A DNA stretch of 64,000 nt from Felis catus. Lineage: Eukaryota. Under the pieces are notes generated by a model. It did no database searches and was not told where the DNA came from. It saw only the letters and a program-made list of their open reading frames with translations. How positions within the stretch are numbered: the stretch's first letter is position 1; each line of letters starts with the position of its first letter. Shown in pieces: positions 24,526-37,880 of the stretch. A program made the position numbers and the translations under genes. The DNA is taken from NCBI RefSeq assembly GCF_018350175.1, contig NC_058368.1:16370001-16434000 (forward strand), in the 5' to 3' direction.

Positions 24526-26706
24526 TCTTTAACAGGAGTTTCTAATTAAAGTTACAAGGAAATGCTTATTCAAATAGAGATTCCTGATGATTTTAGCACT
24601 CACAAAAGTCTAAGAACTGGTGTTTTAATATGGAGAAGGGTATTTGCTGATAAAATGGGGTTAAGCTAAAAATTAGGTAAGTAGTAATACGAAAAACCAA
24701 AAGCTACAGCATGTTTCACATTTTATTGACCCCTCAATAGGCTGCCCCCTTTGGTAGGATTTCATAATTTCCCAGAGACAAGCCATTTTTCAATAATGGG
24801 TTTTCTTCCTCCAATAAAGGTTTTGCTCAATAAAGTTATTTCTGCTTCATTTATGTTTCCTGCAAAGAGCATTCCAAATGAAAGGTTAATTTATTTGGAA
24901 CTCCCAATCACCCATAAGAGGAAGTCCAAAGTTAAAAAAAAGAAGTTAATGAGTTTTCAGCACTAGTTCTGTCATTATTACCTGGACACCATAACTACTA
25001 GATAAGATCACCGCTGATGGGCTCCTGGAGAGTGGCCAGTGCAGCTATGCTGAAGAGTGCTCGCTTTCAGGCTCTGCCTGGGCATGTGAAGGGAATGAGC
25101 ACCAGTGTGACATTCAGGCAGCTGCTGGGTGACAAGAGTAGGTAAGTGAATCACAAGTTGGGAAGGTTAGAGAAAATGCCTCAAAGAATGTATAAGCTCT
25201 ACCACCAGGTGAGCTTCAGATTTCTGTCTCAACAATGTGGCCTAAATATAAGCAAGTTGAGATGCAAACAGAAGGTGAGCCAGGCTAGGAAACAAGGACT
25301 TTGAGATACAGGAATCTTAGAAGCCGAAAACAGTGACAGCATTCAAAAGCTGTTGAGAAAAATGAAAATGGAAAGATGAATACGCAACATAGAAGGTATC
25401 ATTGTATTATCATTACAGTTTTCAGGGAAGCAAGAGAGTGACTGAAAGCACACTGGTTTGGGAAACAAAAGATCCAGGTTTCCCCCCAGCTGTTACCAAG
25501 GGACCCTAAAACACCTGGCAAGGTAAATAAGTTCTCTCTGAAAGGAAATGGTTGAGCTAAATGATTTCTAAGGTCCTTTTGAAGTGTAATTGATATTGAT
25601 ATTCTAACCCATGCCTTGGTTATACAGAGTGACTGTCATCGATACGTCAATGTCACCTTTTAATTAATGGAAATGTGTATATCTTCTTGTCCTTATTTGT
25701 CTGTACTAATGAACTGTCAGGGGTATTAACCAAATTGAAATGAATTCACAACAAAATCAATTACTTTTTGACACTATTTTCTCATTTAACTCTTCTATTA
25801 ATGTTGCCCAACCTTCTTAATTTACTTTTCCTTTTTCTTATATTTTTCTTCATAAGTGATACATATTATTTATTTCCATCTAAAATCTAAATGTATAAAA
25901 CTGAACTATAAGTATGCAGACCAAAATATTATGTCCTTCCTGTTCTGGAAATGCAGTCTAGATAAAGAATACATTTATAGCATTGAGTTTGATTAGGCTA
26001 GTGCTTGCCCAAAGCCTTAGCTTGGTGAAGAAGAGGCAGGATTGAGAGTGGGATGATGGTGGGAAAGAGAGACATGACTCACAATATTTATTTAGTTTGT
26101 CATAAATTCCCAAAGCATAAAAATATCCCATTACCAAAGGTTTGTAAGATCTACATGGCTAAGGAAAAAAGGAATGTCTTGGGGTCATGCCATTAATTGT
26201 GAATTCTCTTTCTGTGCATCAACTTGGATCAAAATAGTCAAATTTAGAGATAGAGACATAAAAAGAAATTTGTGTTTTTTTGAGACCAGTAATGTATAGA
26301 AAGGAACGTATTTTAACTTACACCGTTTACCCTCTCCTTCTGAAAGGTGTGAATCGCGGCTTTAATAGGAAATCCCAAATGAATGTTAAGCTCCTCTTTG
26401 TATCTAAGAAATGATGGTAACATATTCCTAACAATGCGTCAACCAACAGTGGGAGGATTCTAAGGGGTGTGGGGGGGGACTTGGAAGTCAAGTTCTTAGA
26501 GTGGTTTTCTATTATTTTGGTGGCAGCACAGATGGATCTCTTAAAATATTAGAGCAGGGCCCCATATCTTGTTACAAGTTTTGTGGCATCTTAAAACCCA
26601 TGATTCTTTCTGCAATTGCCTAAAATTAAACTATTAAAAACAAATTTCTTTTGTGTGTGAACTTTATCTTGGGGCCCAGAAACTCTTTTTAAATCTAAAT
26701 ACTCCT

Positions 26707-26924
26707 GGGGTGCCTGGGTGGCTCAGTCGGTTGGACATTCGACCCGGCTCAGGTCATGATCTCGTGGTTGACAAGTTCAAGCCACGCATCAGGCTCTGTG
26801 CTGTCAGCTCGGAGCCCGGAGCCTGCTTCGGATTCTGCGTCCCCCTCTCTCTCTGCTCCTCCCCTGACCCTGCTCTGTCTCTCACTGTCTCAAAAATAAA
26901 ATGAACATTAAAAAAAATTTTTAA
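26707..26924 (+). mobile_element. CAN-SINE (antisense to TRPC4)
   Basis: Perfect 16-bp TSD aaatctaaatactcct at 26691-26706 and 26925-26940. Confidence 0.95.
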
Positions 26925-27678
26925 AAATCTAAATACTCCTATGACAGACAGCATAAGACTATATTAATCATTCGTATATTTCTAGGGATTGATTAAATAA
27001 ATTTCTGAAGAATTTAAGAATAAGATGTGAAAAAGGACAAGTACATTTTGATGTGGAAGAGAATAAGCCAGAGTTTGGCTTCCCTGAAACCCTTTTCTGT
27101 TTATCTCAAGGAAAACATTATGTCTTACAATGTTGTCATAGCATTTTGCAGGTAACATATTGTAATGTTAAATATATAACACGTACTATAGTAATATGTT
27201 CTTATATTTGTATGTCCCATGTTAGAAATGATGAGCTCGAGGATGGAAACCATGCCTTTATACCTACTCCTACCCCCAATCCCTAGCTCAGTTACTGGCT
27301 GGCACATAGAATGTGTGCAATAATTGCTTATTAAATCTCAGGCATTATGTTTATTTTACACCCTTTGTTAAATAATTTAAACCTATTTTATAGCAGAAAC
27401 ATCTGTTAAAATTTTTTACTCAAACATCTGGAGTAAAATAATTTCACTCTTTCTAAGGTCAGTGTTAAAATCTATCAGTATGAGTATTGCAGCCTAAGTC
27501 TTCATCATAATTTGACTTTGGTTTCTAAGATCAGATATATGCACAAACTTTAGTCCTCCAAGTTTCTGGCGTAGGAATTTATAAAAAAGAATGTAACTAC
27601 TTCCAAAAACCACCTCTCTGCTATATGCTGTATATGTTCTTGCCAGTCAATTTCATCCTTAGAATTAGAAATGTGACT

Positions 27679-27883
27679 GGGGAGCCTGGGTGGCTCAGTG
27701 TGTTGAGCATCTGACTTTGGCTTGAGTCATGATCTGATGGTTTGTGGGTTCAAGCCCCGCGTTGGGCTCTGTGATAACAGCTCAGATCCTGGAGGCTGCT
27801 TTGGATCCTGTGCCTCCCTCTCTCTGCCCCTCCACCACTCACGCTCTCTCAAAAATGAATAAATGTTAAAAAAAAAATTTAAA
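27679..27883 (+). mobile_element. CAN-SINE (antisense to TRPC4)
   Basis: TSD aaatgtgact at 27669-27678 and 27884-27893. Confidence 0.93.
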
Positions 27884-28025
27884 AAATGTGACTAACATGA
27901 CAGCAAAATCAAGGCCACGATCAGTGGAGAAAGCCCCATTTGATACTGAGAGAAATGCTTACTGGGCAATGAAGTTAATGAGTGGGAAGGATCACTTAGG
28001 GCATAAGTAACAGAAACCTTTTTAA

Positions 28026-28248
28026 CTTTTTTTTTTTTTAATGTTTATTTACTTTTGAGACAGAGAGAGACAGAGCATGAACGGGGGAGGGTCAGAGAGA
28101 GAGAGAGAGGGAGACACAGAATCTGAAACAGGCTCCAGGCTCTGAGCAGTCAGCACAGAGCCCGACACGGGGCTCGAACTCACGAGCCGTGAGATCATGA
28201 CCTGAGCCGAAGTCGGACGCTTAACCGACTGAGCCACCCAGGCACCCC
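28026..28248 (-). mobile_element. Relatively young CAN-SINE
   Basis: Perfect 15-bp TSD cagaaacctttttaa at 28011-28025 and 28249-28263. Confidence 0.95.
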
Positions 28249-29230
28249 CAGAAACCTTTTTAAATAAAATTCAAAACAAATTTAAAAATGTTAGTAACTA
28301 GTATTACTTGGTGATTCTAATGTAAAGGCATATTAAAATACTTCCAAAGCAATTTCTCTGAGCAAGTCAAAACAACTAATGAACGTTAGAGTATGGATTC
28401 TCAAAATGTCACTATGAGAACTTTGAAAACTAAGTGTGAAAGAAATGAGGAATAACTTGTCCCATGTCAGTGGTTTTGCCGGAACAAAGTCCTTAGTCCC
28501 CATCTCTTCTGATGGAATCAGTTGAACTCTTGCTTTCTAGTATGAAAGGAACTTCCAAAGGAAGTTTAATCTGATACTGTTAACAGGAGCATGGCTCCGA
28601 ATAGTCCTAACATTTTTAAAAAACACAACTTCTTGGTATTTAAAATGATTAGGTGTAGAAGCAAAATGTTGAGCAACTCAACATATTCTGAAGTCCCTGT
28701 GCTGGAACATGGCGCAGCATTTTTAAGTTTATAATCCCCGTTTAATCATTTAGTCGAGATGTTTTTGTCAAGCATCATATGCTGTGCGTCAGAGCCTATG
28801 TTCGGCACTAAGAATATGAGAGACTGAAACAGCCCCCTTCCCTTATAATCCAGAGAGAGTAGACAAGAGCAAGTAAGGCCACAAACAACCAGCGATTGCA
28901 ATTGTGAAAAGAGCAGAAATTAGGGTACCAAGAGACAATGTGTTAGCTCCCCAAGCCTCGGCCGCTGGGTCCAGGAGAGGCCTGTGTCAGGTGGGGCTCC
29001 TACTAAAGTAACAGTGACTGCCCTCACTGGAGGAAATGGGTTTGGAGGAAAAACTCTTAGTTACTCAGACAGTGTCTTAGATGTGGTAGCTGTGCAAACA
29101 AAAGGACACCAAACACAACCAGGAAAAACAAAAGGCTAAAAATGCAAAACTATCCAACAAGAAATACAAATACATTTAAATACACAATTTAAAAAAAAAA
29201 AAGACTAATACTAACATGCTGTGTTCTTAC

Positions 29231-29425
29231 CCCTATTGTTCCAAAACTTTCAGGCTTTCTTCTCATCTTTTTCTTGCACAGGTGGGTCCATATCCATTTG
29301 ATCAGGTACCAGAGAGACTTGGGGCTCGGGATGACATTGAAGGGAGTGGGCAGAGTACCTCCTTCTTCGAAATAACTCATCCAAAGCTTTGTTCGAGCAA
29401 ACTTCCATTCTATATCTGCATGGTC
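29231..29425 (-). CDS. TRPC4: TRPC4 coding exon (exon 8), 195 bp, TRP box EWKFAR
   Basis: [65 protein letters not shown]; acceptor ATTCAG|, donor GGG|GTAAGA. Confidence 0.98.
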
Positions 29426-30796
29426 CTGAATGGGAGAATATGACAACTGCTGACAGGTTTCTTAATTACTAAGGTGAGATAAACCTCACAGGGAGCCTGT
29501 AACCTGACTTGGAGCAGCTCTTGTAATATTAATTAAATTGCTTATAGAAACAAGACTGACTCCTCGAGGTAGGCATCTAAACATTTCAGATGATGGTTTA
29601 CCCTGGTAAAGAGTCACAGCAGTCTTGTCAGTTTTTATCCTTCCTTCTTCCATGAAACAGACGTCTAAAAGAATTCCATGTTAAAGAGCCTGCAGTGATC
29701 AGTTACGACTTGAAGACGAATTTTCATTTCCTGCACTGCAGGCTTACATTAGCCCAAGTGCACTAGATTCTGACCACAAATAGACCTTCATATCTTCCCC
29801 GAGGCCTTGAATCCCGGTCTAGGTCAGTGTCACCTTCATGGATGCTCATGGCTTAGCCTTCTGGTGTTTCCAGGAAAAGTCTTAGTTGGTGTGTTTCTAT
29901 GTGAATTATTCTTGTCCGCCTTTAGGCAACAGGCACAAATTCGGAGAGAAGCTCCTCTAACAAATGTAGAATGGGGCCTCTGACATGGCACCAAACCCTG
30001 ACATAGCCTTGTCCAAATGGCACCAGACAGGACTGTGGTTAGTGGCTGTTTGCAACCCTTCATAATTTATTAATCATTCCACTTTATTAACCTCCTAGAA
30101 AAAATCAGAACATTTGTGGCAATTAGAGATAGGGCAGCCAGTCCCCTCTTAAATTAGCCACAAATCTGATTGAAGCAGAAAATCTGGGAAGTAGGAGGTG
30201 GTAGAAACTAGGCATATCAAAATAGTTCATTTTAACCCATTGATATTGTAAGGAAGAACTCAGATTTTAGAGTGGGAGAATCACATTAGACCATGCTTCA
30301 TTCTAATATTCTTAAATGGTTGTGTGCTAATGAATGCATGTGTTGCATATACATTTCTACCCTGAGCAATAGAGATTTTCATCTAGACACTGGACAGATT
30401 GTGCTTTCAACAGGAATCAGCATATCCAGAAACTGTGTGGCATTCACTGTGTGCTTTGCAAATGTTTGACTGGAGGGACTGATCAATAGACAGAAGCACA
30501 GAAGCTCTGGTTTCACCCCCCCTATCCTCTCCTCTTCCTCTCCTCTAGTTCTCTTTCTGTTTCTTTCTAAACAAGCTTATAGATCCTGCATTAATGAAGA
30601 AAAGTATATATTGTTTGCTGTAGTCATGGAGGATGGGAGTCAAGAGAATTAGCTTAAGCTAATAAAAAGATAGTCACTTTGATAAAGAGTTGGCCTGTGA
30701 GTAGATTCTGCTCCTTCTGATTCTTAAGGAGTCACAAATTAAGGATTATGCTAACCTCATTATGTTCTCTTATTGCTACCACAAAGCAGACTTCCT

Positions 30797-30924
30797 GGAG
30801 TGCCTATGTGGCTCAGTTGGTTAAGCGTGCAATTCTTGGTTTTGGCTCAGGTCATGATCTCATGTTTCTTGAGTTCAGGCCCTGAATCTGGCTCTGTGCT
30901 GACAGTGCGGAGCCTGCTTGGGAT

Positions 30925-31015
<91 letters not shown>

Positions 31016-31071
31016 CTCCCCTGCTGGCTCTCTATCTCACAAAAATAAATAAATAAACTTAAAAAAAAAAA
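30797..31071 (+). mobile_element. CAN-SINE with expanded (CT)n of about 80 bp (antisense to TRPC4)
   Basis: SINE head, long (CT)n at about 30929-31011, AATAAA-rich A tail. Confidence 0.92.
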
Positions 31072-32711
31072 GGTAAACTCTTTCTTTGTTCTTGGTTTGG
31101 GATTCTGAGAGGGTCTACAACAAATTCTATGGTAGAAAAACTAGAAGTGAAATGTTATATGTTGGTGATGACCAAAACCACCTCTGTTATCCAAGTGAAA
31201 ATCAAATAGTTGGCATGTTCTTGCTCCAAGGAGGCATTATGCACAGGATTATGGGAGCTACACCTGTCTCAGGTTATCAATGCCTGCTCTCTTCTTAAGT
31301 AGTTTTAGAGTTTAAGCTAAACAAAAACAGAACTTCGAAGATCATTCTCACCTTTTTAAAAATCATCTAGAAAGATAAACCCTAAAAGCAGTAAAAACAA
31401 AAAAAGTCATACTATCCTTAAGTAATATTCTCTTCTTGATGAAATCAATCCGTTTGATATTTTATAGGATATAAATTGTATATACAGCTTCTCTGTATAT
31501 AGCTTGATAATTAGAGTCTTTCTAATTTTTTTTAGAAGGGTGGTCTGAAAAATAGAATCTACGTTTTGCAAATACACTGACCAGAATAATACAGAACTTC
31601 TAAGGAAATACATAGGGACTATCTTAAAAAATCCTCACTTGCAAGATGCTTAAGTGAAGCCCCATAATTTGGATATTCACCTGCAAATCCTAGGACCTAG
31701 GTATACCCAGCACTAATACTTTGTTTATGAATCAGAAAATAAAAATCATCTATTTTTATGTTTTATGTAGTTTTTCATCTGTGACAGGTATCTTGCCCCA
31801 CAGAGACAGTTTCAGTAAAATTCAGAATGCTGTTTCTCAAAGTAACAATAATAACACTCTGGCAGTTTAGAAATAGATTCAAAGATGCAATATAATGGTA
31901 GTTATTTAAGGAGAAAATTATGGTTATAAATTATTCTTATAAAATGCTATTTGATTCAGGTATAAATATGAAAGACTTAAGTGTATTTCATTCCAATATG
32001 GGTTTGTTTAGTTGCTATTGCTAATGGCCACCGGCATGTATGTAAGTTCAAGAGGATAAAGAACTTTGTCTTTCTCATTCATTGTTGTATTTCTAGTTCC
32101 TAGAATAGTACTTGGTAATAGAATAAGTTCTCAATAAGAATTTGCTGAATGAATGAATGAGAAAGTAAACTAAATTGTTTAGATTCTAGAGTTTCAAATA
32201 AACATATATGGTATTGTGTGCTCTGCTGTAGAATTCAGGGTTACCCATACCTGCTTTTTCTGGATTTAAGAAACCAAAAATACTGTAGATTTTCCCCTCA
32301 GACTCTCCTCTAGGCTAGCTTTTGTATCTTGCCAGGCTGGCATAAGTTTGTTTATACCAAGATTGTAGGTTAAATGGACAGAGACGATGCAAAGTCCAAA
32401 GGCCGCTACACAGAGATGAGCCACTTGTACGTAATTCATACTTCCCTTGTGCTTTCGTAGCCAATGACTGCCTAGCAAGACAGATTTACTTTATTTTATA
32501 ATCATCCATAATACGACAAAACTAGATTAGTTTGTAGCTAAATATGGTATAATACTGTTTAGAAACTTCCAATTAACCATTTATATTATAATTCTGTTCT
32601 GTCCCATCAATAGCCAATTACAGGCTGTATTCCTTATGATAAATAAAGTAGAGTGTGGCTAGGAACAACACATTCTAGGGGGGGAATATTGAATTAAAAT
32701 AAAGTTATTCA

Positions 32712-32942
<231 letters not shown>

Positions 32943-33175
32943 CTATATTAATAGAACAATTATACAATAAGGTATAACAATAGAACTTGATTCCTATTAT
33001 GTATATTTGCTTAATTAAAGAATAAACTTAATAAAAAGTATTGAACAATTACTAAATTAAATTTAATAAAAATTAAAGAAAGTTGTTTCCATCATATAGT
33101 ACAAGTAGTATACTTAATTTTCCTAGTTTTACCTAATTTTCCCAAGAGCTTTGAAAGCTGTTTAGTTTCCTAGAG

Positions 33176-33490
33176 CAGGGACAACAAATCTGACCCTCAG
33201 ACTGTTTCTGTATGGCTCCTGAGTTAAGAATGGCTTTTGCTTTTCAAATGGCTGGGAAAAAGAAATTCAGAAGAGCTACTTTGTGTCATGTGAAAATTTT
33301 ATAAATTCACATTTCAATGTCCAAGGATCAATAAAGTTTTATTGATGCACAGCCATGCTCATTTATTGATGGATTGTCAATGTTTGTTTTTTGTGTTGAA
33401 ATGGCACAGGTGAGTAGTTGCAATAGAGAACATATGGCCCACATAGTTAAAATATTTGCTATCTTTTTCATAGAAAGCTTGCTAACCGTG
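33176..33490 (+). mobile_element. MER58B-like hAT-Charlie MITE
   Basis: caggg..caaa start, gagttaagaatgg, aataaagttttattg..cacagccatgctcatt, tatggcccac..aaaatatttgctatc. Confidence 0.8.
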
Positions 33491-35458
33491 TCTGAGGGCA
33501 TTAAGTGATGCCAATAAATGATCAATAAATGATATATCCTCAAGCTGAGTCTTTGAAAAATATCAATTCTGATTTTGCTTTTCAGTTGTAGAAGGATTGA
33601 AAATAATGTTATCACTGGATTTCCACAATTATAATTAAAATTGGGTATAGTGAATCCTGTAAGATGTCAAGTGTCAGCATGCTCAGATAATAAAATGTGC
33701 TATTTTTTTTCTATTTCAGGGAACATTTAATTCATCCCTGTCAATGAATGAACTCTAAGTAAGGTTTCCTTAACTTAGTCCAAGAAGCAGGATAAAATGA
33801 AAAGTGTCTGAACCTAAATGAGGGAGTGTTGGTTTCAGTAGGATGGTTGTAACATCTTAATATAATGTAATAAAAGATAATGGAACTTTTAAACTCTTTG
33901 ACAAATGGCTAAAGTAAGACCCTAGTCATATTATGTTGTAAAAATGAAAGCAAAAACTAGTCTCATATCTGGCCTGGTGACTAAGAAGATAGGATGTCAG
34001 GGGTCAAGTGACCCAAGGAAAGCCAATTCATATGAGGCCAGGGGTTAACGGCCTGGATTGACATGAAAAAGGTAACCCTACACTATCAGATTTCCTCTCT
34101 ATGAAAATTTATCTTAGCAATATTAACAGAATGAGGTAGTTGCCAAAGGGGGATGAAATGACAGAAGTTATGATGGAGACTCAGGGCCATTGGAATTATG
34201 CAAAGCCAAAGGTTTGAGACAGCGCAAACTAAGGGACAAAGAACTGAAGATAAATAAATAAGCCATGTAATAATTAAACACTGAAGAAAATATGCACAGA
34301 GTAGGTGACTCATGTTAGCACCAGTTTTCGCAGTCAGTGATCTTGTGGTCCAGTTCTTTGTCATCTCCTGCCCTTCCTGAAGCCTTGTGTTCTGCCCTTG
34401 CTAAGATCAACCCTTGTTCTGAGGATCAAAGGGCTATAACTCTGTACATGGCTCTTGGACCAAATCCCTGCACTTGCAACCATCCATGAGTTTCTGGTCT
34501 GTGTAACTAGGAGAATCTAAGGATATCCTAATTGACATTCAGGGTTTCTTTTCTCAAATTTATTTGCTTTTTTTTTTCTTAAAAGTAAATGATTTCACTT
34601 TTTTAATTTATATAATTAAGTTTTACTTATAGGATATGAAATGTAATTATGTATTGATTTATTTTGCTATAGCTATTCACCAATGGAGCAAATTATCATA
34701 AAATGATAAGGAGACTGATCTGATCCATCTCAGTCAGACTTTGTCTTGCCAGCAGGGATGTGCATGTGAGGAGGTGGCTATGTATTCTTCAAGGGCAACC
34801 TACATGTCAGGTGCTAACACTATCAGGGCAAGTTTAATCTAATTCATTGGCCCTAGGCAAAAGCTACTCTTAAGTTATTCTTTGAAAACTTCCTCAGGAA
34901 GTACGTAAATTTGACCCAAGGCCATAAGTTCCTTATTTTTAGTAACTTTAAGGACAGTTTCTAAAATTAATTACTGTGTCATTTGGGTTCAGTGTGAAAT
35001 AACTTTGTCCTTTCTTTCTAAATGGTGTATATTCTCACTGTGAATATACAAATGTAATTCAGATGGTTTTCCCCTGACATCAGTAGCAGTTCAGAGACAG
35101 AACTAGAAATTACATAATGTAAGTGCTATAATAAATTATATAAAATGCCACATAAATCCCATATCAGTTGCTTTTTTAAATGTTCAGATAGAAACAGTGA
35201 TGTAGAATAAATGGATGGTTATGGTTGAATAATACTGATTTGCTTCTGTCTAAATAAGAAATACTAATAGAGAATATTAGCAAACCCTTTGGCAAAACAT
35301 TTATTTAGATTTTTAATTAGACTTTGAAAAGAAGAAGATTAAAAATAAGACATTTTGTGATTAATTCTGGATTTAGTCCCTGTTTTTCTTTTCTTCAGTG
35401 AAATGAATCAGAAGTGAGATTTGCAGAATAGTTCCACTTATCCAAAATATATACACTT

Positions 35459-36541
35459 GACCTCAGTTGTAGCAATTTCTTACTTGACACATCCCCAAAG
35501 GCAAGGGAATTAAAAGCAAAAATGAACTACTGGGACCTTATGAAGGTAAAAGCTTCTGCACAGCAAAGGAAACAACCAACAAAACTAAAAGGCAATCAAT
35601 GGAATGGGAAAAGATATTTGCAAATGACATATCAGACAAAGGGCTAGTATCCAAAATCTATAGAGTTCACCAAACTCCACACCTGAAAAACAAATAACCC
35701 AGTGAAGAAATGGGCAGAAAACATGAATAGACACTTTCTAAAGAAGACATCTGGATGGCCAACAAGCACATGAAAAGATGCTCAACGTTGCTCCTCATCA
35801 GGGAAATACAAATCAAAACCACACTCAGATATCACCTCACACCAGTCAGAGTGGCCAAAATGAACAAATCAGGAGACTGTAGATGCTGGAGAGGATGTGG
35901 AGAAATGGGAACCCTCTTGCACTGTTGGTGGGAGTGCAAACTGGTACAGCCACTCTGGAAAACAGTGTGGAGGTTCCTCAAAAAATTAAAAATAGACCTA
36001 CCCTATGACCCAGAAATAGCACTGCTAGGAATTTACCCAAGGGATACAGGAGTACTGATGCATAGGGGCACTTGTACCCCAATGTTTATAGCAGCACTCT
36101 CAACAATAGCCAAATTATGGAAAGAGCCTAAATGTCCATCAACTGATGAATGGATAAAGAAATTGTGGTTTCTATACACAGTGAAGTACTACGTGGCAAT
36201 GAGAAAGAATGAGATATGGCCCTTTGTAGCAATGTGGATGGAAGTGGAGAGTGTGATGCTAAGTGAAATAAGCCATACAGAGAAAGATACTGTATGTTTT
36301 CACCCTTATGTGGATCCTGAGAAACTTAACAGAAACCCATGGGGGAGGGGAAGGAAAAAAAAGAGGTTAGAGTGGGAGAGAGCCAAAGCATAAGAGACTC
36401 TTAAAAACTGAGAACAAACTGAGGGTTGATGGGGGGTGAGAGGGAGGGGAGGGTGGGTGATGGGTATTGAGGAGGGCACCTTTTGGGATGAGCACTGGGT
36501 GTTGTATGGAAACCAACTTGACAATAAATTTCATATATTGG
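35459..36541 (+). mobile_element. 5'-truncated felid L1 (L1_Fc-like), about 1.1 kb, with frameshifts
   Basis: ORF2 C-terminus with CCHC motif ([18 protein letters not shown]); TSD aaaatatatacactt at 35444-35458 and aaaatatatatacactt at 36542-36558. Confidence 0.95.
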
Positions 36542-37653
36542 AAAATATATATACACTTATAGATTAATTAAGCCATAGTATCAAGACCTTGGTGTTTCTT
36601 ATTTATATTTTTGTGTAATTATTCTTTTATTATATGGATTAAAAAAAAGAATCTAAGTTAACATTTTAAAGCCACTGCTTTTAGAAATGTTCCCACAATT
36701 AGTGATTCCCAAGACTATTGATGGCAAGATTACCCACTGATTGAAAAGTCATTAGCTGCATTACCTCTCAGACTTCCTTTATATAACAACTATTTTACTA
36801 ATTCTTTGGTGAGATAAGAACAGAAAGGTTTGGAATGTAATGCCACACTTAATAAAATAATACTTAGCATAATATCCTAGTTGACTAAAGCCTGGCAATT
36901 TCTATGGTTGATGCTATAACACTGCTTTCCTAAAGATAACATTTTTGCCTCTTGCTCTTTAAAGGTATTTCTCAATTGCTACTTTAAAAAATTAGCTCGT
37001 TCTCCAGTTAGATACTTACAACTAGAGAGAAAGAACAAGTAAAAAGGTAATGTACTCCACAGTTGAGGTTTCCCTCTATCCTTTGAAATAAAAACAATGA
37101 GGAAACATAAATTAATATAAGACACATCTGAATATTTTAGTCTTCATTTATAAGGAATAATGTAATATTAAAACAAATAATGCATGGGCTCAGTTGCCCA
37201 GTTCCAATTTTGAGGAATATATATGAAAGGAGTTTTTTTTAATGAGACAATATCTGTCCCAAACCCATTCCTCTCTCCTCATAGGAGAGTCCCTTAACAG
37301 GAGACTATTAATTTCAAATTGTATGTAGAATAATTTCAGTGACTAAATAATTTGGTTTTCTTTAGTATCATATAGTTCTTCCCATGTTAAAGAGAAAACA
37401 GCCAGGAAGCTTGAAAAGGGCAGAAAAAAGTGTCCATTTGCTGGTGGGGAAATGAACAGAGAGACATAGAAGACCCAGACTAGTCTGTCCAGAGGGCAGC
37501 TGAACTTATAGATCTTGGGAAGAGAGATCTGTGCTGGTGATAGGAACATAGGAGTCCTCATCCCTCAGACATATAGGGCTACATCCATAAGCACAGATGA
37601 GTTTTCACAAAGGTTCTGTAATATGGTCTGAGGATGGTCACTAAGGAAAGATC

Positions 37654-37880
37654 TTTATTTATTTATTTATTATTTAAATTTCTTTTTAATGTTTATTCAT
37701 TTTTGAGAGACAGAGCACGAGCAGGGAAGGGGCATAGACAGAAAGGGAGATGCAGAATCCGAAGCAGGCTCCAGCCTCTGAGCGGTCAGCACAGAGCCCG
37801 ACACGGGGCTCAAACTCACAGACCACGAGATCATGACCTGAGCCAAAGTCAGATGCTTAACTGAGCCACCCAAGTGCCCC
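37654..37880 (-). mobile_element. CAN-SINE within probable L2 remnant
   Basis: SINE body and (TTTA)n tail. Confidence 0.92.
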
